From a candidate division WWE3 bacterium (GTDB taxonomy: Bacteria > Patescibacteriota > 4484-211 > GCA-002791395), in NCBI GenBank assembly GCA_013335095.1, contig JAAXWF010000004.1:10740-74739 (forward strand): a stretch of 64,000 nt of DNA, written 5' to 3'. This document shows positions 58,184 to 64,000 of the stretch, piece by piece. The notes beneath the pieces are model-generated. The model did not search any database and was not told where the DNA came from. It worked only from the letters and a program-made list of their open reading frames with translations. The number at the start of each line of letters is the position of its first letter. The first letter of the stretch is position 1. The translations under genes were made by a program, and so were the position numbers.

Positions 58184-58456
58184 TTAACGACTAAACCACG
58201 AGATTATGAGGATTATCGCCCCCATTATCAACAAGATCGGCGCAATCCGCATAATAAGATCCCATGCGTCTTTCGCCGCTCTTCGCCCGACGTCGCCGAG
58301 CAGTCCCATATATCCTAACGGGATAAACATGGGCTTAGCGAGAAAGATGAGAAAGAGGATGTAATACACCCTACCAACTCCTGGCAGCTGACGGCTGCTC
58401 CAATACGCGCCAGCTCGAACTTGTTTTAATATATCACACACAAGCCCCAAACTCAA
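58184..58456 (-). CDS. Small two-TM orphan protein (start possibly GTG 58369)
   Basis: Similar to the downstream gene. Confidence 0.6.
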   Translation of the reverse strand: MSLGLVCDILKQVRAGAYWSSRQLPGVGRVYYILFLIFLAKPMFIPLGYMGLLGDVGRRAAKDAWDLIMRIAPILLIMGAIILIISWFSR

Positions 58457-58508
58457 ACACTATAAGCCTAGTATTCGTTTATTTGCAAAGTGAGTAATAA
58501 TCTCTATA

Positions 58509-59339
58509 ATGAATTCGATTACACATATGAGCAGTACATCATTGTTTGAAAAAAATGGCCAATATTTAATGCTTGCGCTTGACCATCGTCAGAGTTTTCA
58601 GAAGATGGTTGAAAAAATATACCAAACAAGCGTAGATACCGATCAACTTATATCAATTAAAAAATCGATAATCGAAGCATCGATACCACACGTATCTGGG
58701 ATGCTAATAGATCCTGATTACGGTATCCCAGCTTATAAAAAAATTGCAGATAATTCGGTGCCTTATTTAGTTTGTATTGAAAAATCTGGCTATGAAGGAC
58801 CAGCAGACAATAGAATCACCACCCTTGAATACGATATCAAAACGCTCCAAAGCTTTAATGCACAAGGAGTAAAACTATTACTCTACGTGAATCCCCACGT
58901 ATCGTCTTTTGAAAACCAAATGGAATTAGCCCGCACGGTACTAGAGCAGTCCCATGAAGCAAATCTTCCGTTGTTTTTAGAGTTAGTTATGTATGGAGCC
59001 GAAAACGATCCGGAAAAAAATGCTCAATTAATGATCGACAGCATCACCAAATTTTTAGAGCACAATATAGTTCCAGATGTCTTTAAGCTTGAGTTTCCAT
59101 ACAATCAGTCCTATGCTCAACAGATAACCGAGATGCTTGGAAAAACCCCGTGGATTCTGTTAACTCGAGGGGTAACTTTTGATGAATTCCACGAGCAACT
59201 CGGCATAACCGCCAAAGCCGGGGTAAAAGGATATCTGGCAGGCCGAGCGGTTTGGCAGGACTGCATATATCCGGATAGAATCGACACTGAAACGATCCAA
59301 TTACGATATAAAAAGCTGGCTGAGGTAATGCAAGGATAA
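58509..59339 (+). CDS. Class I aldolase, tagatose-1,6-bisphosphate aldolase (LacD/DUF2090)-like
   Basis: LALDHR.S, VKLL.Y, FKLE, GYLAGRAVW. Confidence 0.88.
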   Translation: MNSITHMSSTSLFEKNGQYLMLALDHRQSFQKMVEKIYQTSVDTDQLISIKKSIIEASIPHVSGMLIDPDYGIPAYKKIADNSVPYLVCIEKSGYEGPADNRITTLEYDIKTLQSFNAQGVKLLLYVNPHVSSFENQMELARTVLEQSHEANLPLFLELVMYGAENDPEKNAQLMIDSITKFLEHNIVPDVFKLEFPYNQSYAQQITEMLGKTPWILLTRGVTFDEFHEQLGITAKAGVKGYLAGRAVWQDCIYPDRIDTETIQLRYKKLAEVMQG

Positions 59340-59524
59340 TTTTATTGATAGTCGTCTATCTGCATAATTGATACGATCTCGCTTAACTCTTAAATCTCAA
59401 GCAAGACAACATATAAAAATGATATTGGAGAGCACTGATTTACAATAGTACTTCTAGTAGCGTTCGTGAAGCTACGTACAGACTATTCCCTAAACATTTT
59501 TTTGGAGTAATCATGGCAACAAAA

Positions 59525-59565
59525 GGCCGGGACGTTGTGAGAGTTACTTCTCCAACGCCCCGGCC
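59525..59565 (-). terminator. Long intrinsic terminator hairpin
   Basis: GGCCGGGACGTTG...CAACGCCCCGGCC with TTTT on the minus strand. Confidence 0.8.
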
Positions 59566-59582
59566 GCAGATTGCCAAGTAAA

Positions 59583-59912
59583 CTAGTCCGAGAGTCGTTC
59601 GATCTCTCGGATCAACCGAAGCGCCTCGGTTGAGTCAGAGACACCGGCATCGACCGAATCCTCTAACGATTCAATCGTTGCTCGGACATTGTGACCTTCG
59701 ATATAAAACTCGACCCCAACGAGTCCAAGATCTATCGAAAGCACGTCTCCCGTTGGCACAACGACGTAAATCTCGTTAGCCATCCATCCTTCCGGTAAAT
59801 CACCGGGTTCCGTTACCTCGAGTAGATTGATAAGCGTGCGAGCCCTTTCTTCGATGGTAGGCTCGACCCGCTGGCTCGGACACGCTCTTTGACCCTTCGT
59901 CGACTGTTTCAC
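59583..59912 (-). CDS. Hypothetical orphan protein (acidic)
   Basis: GTG start preceded by GAAGGAGAGG. Confidence 0.55.
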   Translation of the reverse strand: MKQSTKGQRACPSQRVEPTIEERARTLINLLEVTEPGDLPEGWMANEIYVVVPTGDVLSIDLGLVGVEFYIEGHNVRATIESLEDSVDAGVSDSTEALRLIREIERLSD

Positions 59913-60465
59913 GAATGACCTCTCCTTCGGCGACACTAGCAAGATGATCGGCATACGCGCCGAAGTAGTACTGGAATACGGCATCCTCACGAGCAAGCCG
60001 TAAAGAGGTGCCGATCCCGACACAGTTCCCCTTACGAGCTCGCCACAGCATACCTCCGGTTATTCGCACTTCGGTATAATGCCAAGGCAAATGTGCACTT
60101 GGCAGTGAGCTCCCCTGCTGATCACTCAGATACATGAAGACAGTAGGAGGCAGGTGGTCCTTTAGCATTTCAACCACCTTTTCAATCGCGTAGGCGATAC
60201 CATCCCGCTGCTGCATTTCGCCAATCAAGGCTTCAATAGCCTGTGATAACAACCTCGTCCGTTGCGGTGCATATCTGGTTTCGACCGACATACCCACCTG
60301 ATGTGCCAGCCACGCTTGGATGCGTTCGCTACAAAGCTTACTGTGCGCTTGACACATCATTTGGTGTGATAGACCCTTTTGATGTGCCCAGATCATCACC
60401 GCAGCTCCCCAGACCCCATCACCAACAAGCGAAAGTCGAGGGTCCGCACCAAGCAACTTACCCAC
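59800..60465 (-). CDS. Hypothetical orphan protein (start uncertain)
   Basis: ORF 59800..60582, AAAGGA before GTG 60465. Confidence 0.55.
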   Translation of the reverse strand: MGKLLGADPRLSLVGDGVWGAAVMIWAHQKGLSHQMMCQAHSKLCSERIQAWLAHQVGMSVETRYAPQRTRLLSQAIEALIGEMQQRDGIAYAIEKVVEMLKDHLPPTVFMYLSDQQGSSLPSAHLPWHYTEVRITGGMLWRARKGNCVGIGTSLRLAREDAVFQYYFGAYADHLASVAEGEVIRETVDEGSKSVSEPAGRAYHRRKGSHAYQSTRGNGTR

Positions 60466-60698
60466 TGAGGTTCCTTTCGGTGGCATAACCACCCTAATGC
60501 TCGCAGGTATAAAACCACACGAGCTCCTTCCACCCGGAGTTACCGGTTTTACTGGTGGAAAGAAACGACAAGGATGTGCCATCTCATTCCACCAGCAAAA
60601 TCATAGTCTGTCTATGATCTAGGTGCGTTCGTCTAAAATTATATTGTTTTATTATAACGGTAAAATGTAATTTTTACAAATACTATAAGTCAATAAAT

Positions 60699-61055
60699 CT
60701 AGCTTTGCAGAGTTCCGATCAAATACTCAGGAAGTAATGCATCTCCTTTACCCATATGCTTACGAACATCTTCATACATTGCAGTTGCATCTTTACCACA
60801 CCCATCCTCAATCATGTTATTCGCGTGACTGGGTATATATGACGTGACATCATATACATCCGAATTAATAACCATCCAACAACTGCTTGGAGTATTATGC
60901 TTGGCAATTTCTGATAATGCATACGTTTTAGGGGTGTTTTGTTGAGAATCAGTGGTGCTTGTTCCCGAATTATTATTTTTGAATAAAAAGAAGCCTCCGA
61001 CAGCAAGTATTGCTACAATCGCGAAAATTCCGATGATTGAACCTTTGTTTTCCAT
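60699..61055 (-). CDS. Cytochrome b5-like heme-binding domain protein with TM anchor
   Basis: EIAKHN...CW.VI...VYDVT.Y...H, CGKDAT, IG.L. Confidence 0.92.
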   Translation of the reverse strand: MENKGSIIGIFAIVAILAVGGFFLFKNNNSGTSTTDSQQNTPKTYALSEIAKHNTPSSCWMVINSDVYDVTSYIPSHANNMIEDGCGKDATAMYEDVRKHMGKGDALLPEYLIGTLQS

Positions 61056-61173
61056 GTGTTTGATATTCTCATAGCACCCTGAGGATTAGCTGAAGAATCT
61101 AGCGTAAAAAGATAGAGCCGGAGATCTGATGGCACAGCCACCAAATCCCCGGCTGCGGAGACCCTCGAACGGA

Positions 61174-61518
61174 CTACGGCTGCATGAGGAGGTAGTCAAC
61201 CACCTCATCGAACAACCGACGCGGCTGAGGGTCGTAGACGGGATTGACCATCCCACTACTGTTCCACCCTTTATCGGGCGGACCAACAACGAAAAAGACA
61301 ACCCCTTGCCAGATATAGACATCAACATGCGCCCGCTTCTCAATCTCGAAGCGGAACCCGTTCGACGTCAATCCGACCTCAATGATCGGCTGATTGGACC
61401 AGTCATCTTCGCACAGAGCGAAGTGATCCTTGCCGATCATATTAACGATCTTCCAGATCGTCGCCACGACCATCTGGTGGTTAAGCAGCGCAGGAGCGCT
61501 GTTGCTAGCCTGGCTCAT
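61174..61518 (-). CDS. Hypothetical orphan protein
   Basis: SD AGGAGGT before MSQAS. Confidence 0.65.
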   Translation of the reverse strand: MSQASNSAPALLNHQMVVATIWKIVNMIGKDHFALCEDDWSNQPIIEVGLTSNGFRFEIEKRAHVDVYIWQGVVFFVVGPPDKGWNSSGMVNPVYDPQPRRLFDEVVDYLLMQP

Positions 61519-61620
61519 AGAGCCACCTCCTGGGGTCCCCCCCATATCCATAGAGTATGCCAGATAGTTATATTATAGGATAAAGTTAGTTGTTATACAA
61601 GAAAAAATAGTGATAATAAT

Positions 61621-61657
61621 GCCGAAGATCCGATGGCTACGCCATCGGACCTTCGGC
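61621..61657. terminator. Terminator hairpin
   Basis: GCCGAAGATCCGATGGC-TAC-GCCATCGGACCTTCGGC. Confidence 0.85.
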
Positions 61658-61663
61658 TCGAAC

Positions 61664-62239
61664 CTAATGATGAGTCACTTCGAGCAACTGAAACTGACCG
61701 GGCAAAGGATGGTAGATGACCTGAACCCCGGTCAGGCGAACGGCCTGCCCTGGGACCAGAAACACCTTCAGCTCCTCAAGCCAAGCAGCAGCTGCCGCCG
61801 TGGGGATATCAAGCCGATGCGCCCAGCGAGCTCGTTCAGCACAAAACCCCATAAAAACGACAGACTCAAGATGAAAAATACCGCCGTTCTGGACACTCGG
61901 CCACTCGACGGGCCGAGGCTCACAATAGAGCAGATCGAACAGGACGATCCCAACGATCGACTCGTATAGCTCCGCCGGGCGATAGCCCAGTTCGGAACCG
62001 AACACCCCCGAGATGATCTCGGTAGTGCCGCTGATCCGGAACTGAACAACCTGATGCGCCACCGTTATAAAAACGCGGTGGCAACCGAGTACAGCTGAAA
62101 ATCCATCTGCGATGATGCTGATATCCGAGACCGCCTGATCCGTCCAACCTGCTTCAAGGTTACCGGACGGAATCAGACGGAATAGCTCACGAACATGAGC
62201 CTCCAGCAGCGAAGTATCCACCGATGTGGAACTGTCCAT
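61664..62239 (-). CDS. Hypothetical orphan protein (GC-rich)
   Basis: 191-aa ORF, GAAAGGA upstream, own terminator. Confidence 0.7.
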   Translation of the reverse strand: MDSSTSVDTSLLEAHVRELFRLIPSGNLEAGWTDQAVSDISIIADGFSAVLGCHRVFITVAHQVVQFRISGTTEIISGVFGSELGYRPAELYESIVGIVLFDLLYCEPRPVEWPSVQNGGIFHLESVVFMGFCAERARWAHRLDIPTAAAAAWLEELKVFLVPGQAVRLTGVQVIYHPLPGQFQLLEVTHH

Positions 62240-62328
62240 AAAAGGACCATCCTTTCGCTCGCCAATAAACGCTATAGGTATAGTATATCAAATTTTTGTT
62301 TAGTCAACGAACCTGCTATGATAATTTA

Positions 62329-62778
62329 ATGGACTACGATATTCTATCTGCCAGCTTATTTGACCAAAAGCAGCTATCATCTCTGATAAACACTGTCGGA
62401 CTGACAAAAAACGAATATGGGTACTTTACCTCTAAGGGCATATGGTTACGGATTCTTCCCACAGATAAAAATGATAATCACTTCGATGTGTACCAGTACT
62501 TTGGCTTCACTGTAAAGACGCATATAAATATAGAATTCAGCGGAACAACTGATAACATTTACACTCCTTTGTTCCAACTTATTAGCACAATACTACAGGC
62601 AACATCAGACGATTTAATCGTCCTCGCAACAGGAGAATTGGTTGTGTTAAAACGCATTAAGCAAAAACTCACTCTAAATTCTGATTTTGATAATTGGGAG
62701 AAACCACAGTATGACATTTTAACCCGACAGATTCCGTCCGATACTCAACGGGTACGAATACCATCACCCTATTTATAA
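62329..62778 (+). CDS. SitI3-like immunity protein
   Basis: FGF....I..F, IL....D..L..GE.VVL.R....L.L pattern. Confidence 0.55.
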   Translation: MDYDILSASLFDQKQLSSLINTVGLTKNEYGYFTSKGIWLRILPTDKNDNHFDVYQYFGFTVKTHINIEFSGTTDNIYTPLFQLISTILQATSDDLIVLATGELVVLKRIKQKLTLNSDFDNWEKPQYDILTRQIPSDTQRVRIPSPYL

Positions 62779-62863
62779 TCACCTGAATTACACATAATAT
62801 GAAAATCGACATGGCAAAATATAAAAGACCCTGTTACTCTTAATATGACTGGAGGTGATTTGA

Positions 62864-63121
62864 ATGGAACAACAAGCTGGAGTAGGCCTCAAAAAACCAA
62901 TGAATTTAAGTCCAGAACTACAGGCGATAGTAGGACCAGGTCCAATGCCTCGAACTGAAGTAACCAAAGCGCTGTGGGCGTATATAAAAGAAAATAATTT
63001 ACAAGACCCTCAGAACAAACGAAACATCTTACCTGATGAAAAATTAAAAGCGATTTTCGATGGTAAGGATTCAGTGACAATGTTTGAAATGACCAAACTC
63101 GTTTCTAAACACCTGTCATAA
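62864..63121 (+). CDS. SWIB/MDM2 domain protein
   Basis: LSPEL..IVG..PRTEV.K.LW.YIK.NNLQDP.NKR.I.D.KL, SD GGAGGTGA. Confidence 0.95.
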   Translation: MEQQAGVGLKKPMNLSPELQAIVGPGPMPRTEVTKALWAYIKENNLQDPQNKRNILPDEKLKAIFDGKDSVTMFEMTKLVSKHLS

Positions 63122-63132
63122 TAACTTGTGCA

Positions 63133-63170
63133 TTAAGAGGCTGCGGAAGTTTTTCCGCACCTCTTAATTT
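63133..63170 (+). terminator. Intrinsic terminator
   Basis: ATTAAGAGG.TGCGGAA...TTCCGCACCTCTTAAT. Confidence 0.8.
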
Positions 63171-63240
63171 AAAGACACTTCTCACCAATTCATAACATAA
63201 TTCTTACAAACTATATCCAACTTACTGATATAGTTAAGAA

Positions 63241-64000
63241 ATGGGATTTATAGTTCATAAGTATCCAGCAGGAACATTTTCATGGGTAGACTTCTACTCG
63301 ACTGATATACATTCATCAAAACAATTTGTAACCAAACTTCTAGGATGGACGTATCAAGATATGCCTACCGAACCAGGAAAACCGGATTACACAATGTTTT
63401 TTTTAAGCGGTTTACCGATTGCTGGTGGAAGCCCTACATTTAATCAACAAATGCCTTCATTTTGGTCGAGCTATATCACTGTCGATAATGTTGATGAAAT
63501 GGCACAACGTGCTGTTGAAAATGAAGGAACGGTACTAATGAACCCTATGGACGTTATGGAATATGGTCGAATGGCAACAATCCAAGATCCAACAGGTGCA
63601 GCCGTCTCACTCTGGCAACCCAAACAACACATTGGTGCAGGTATAGTCAACACAGTTGGTGCAATGTGTTGGAATGAACTCTATACAAAAGATGTTCAAA
63701 AAGCGTGTGATTTTTATGGAAAACTATTTAACTGGACATTCAGCAAAGATCCACAAAGTGGGTATGTAACTATCCGCAACAAAGGAAGAGCTAACGGTGG
63801 AATGTTTGAGCTAACCCCGTCAATGCAAGACATGCCTCCATGCTGGGTCGTGTATTTTACAATTGCTGATATGAATAAATCCTTAGACTTAGTCAATACA
63901 TTGGGTGGGAAAATTTATATGGATGTGAAAGAGATCGGAGTCGGAAAAATAGCAATGGTAGCGGATTCAACTGGCGCATCATTTATGCTCATACAGCTCG
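63241..64000 (+). CDS. VOC/glyoxalase family protein (two-domain, CFP32-like), runs off window edge
   Basis: Read by hand: GTFSWVD, WSSYITVDNVD, GRMATIQDPTGA, MCWNELYT, FYGKLFNW. Confidence 0.9.
   Translation, partial: MGFIVHKYPAGTFSWVDFYSTDIHSSKQFVTKLLGWTYQDMPTEPGKPDYTMFFLSGLPIAGGSPTFNQQMPSFWSSYITVDNVDEMAQRAVENEGTVLMNPMDVMEYGRMATIQDPTGAAVSLWQPKQHIGAGIVNTVGAMCWNELYTKDVQKACDFYGKLFNWTFSKDPQSGYVTIRNKGRANGGMFELTPSMQDMPPCWVVYFTIADMNKSLDLVNTLGGKIYMDVKEIGVGKIAMVADSTGASFMLIQL

Noticed and set aside
61129-61969. Plus-strand ORFs of 149 and 119 aa
   Set aside because: The minus-strand ORFs have the SD, promoter and terminator context. These are likely GC-rich shadows.
1-64000. CRISPR array, IS transposase, integron integrase, reverse transcriptase or DGR
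   Set aside because: No regularly spaced repeats or such proteins were seen. The two direct repeats have few mismatches, not confined to adenines, and no RT is nearby.

Overview
This 64-kb window reads as bacterial chromosome from a small-genome organism. The inference is CPR/Patescibacteria, Microgenomates-like, based on gene content, many orphan genes and apparently leaderless genes. Housekeeping genes include ychF, trxA/trxB, tgt, argS, an RsmF-like methyltransferase, a P-type ATPase, a ZIP transporter, an NCS2 permease and tRNA-Gln(UUG), interleaved with short orphan genes. The most interesting parts are: (1) a non-canonical RiPP-like locus at about 7.4-11.4 kb, with a lasso-cyclase/Asn-synthetase-like enzyme, an unannotated SD-led 50-aa peptide and an HPr-kinase-like protein, next to an HExxH M3-like peptidase and a self-contained 20-aa Gly/Lys peptide gene, with no visible RRE/B2 genes; (2) an AT-rich three-gene operon (TIGR04255-like, unknown, PIN-like) at the 3' end of tRNA-Gln, bounded by a short tRNA-end repeat, which is a candidate defence/TA system; (3) two near-identical direct repeats (134 bp and 103 bp) that each bracket a single gene-sized cassette; (4) two gene styles across the window, AT-rich leaderless genes and GC-richer orphan units with SD and their own terminator. 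Family calls come from motif recognition by eye. No database searches were run.
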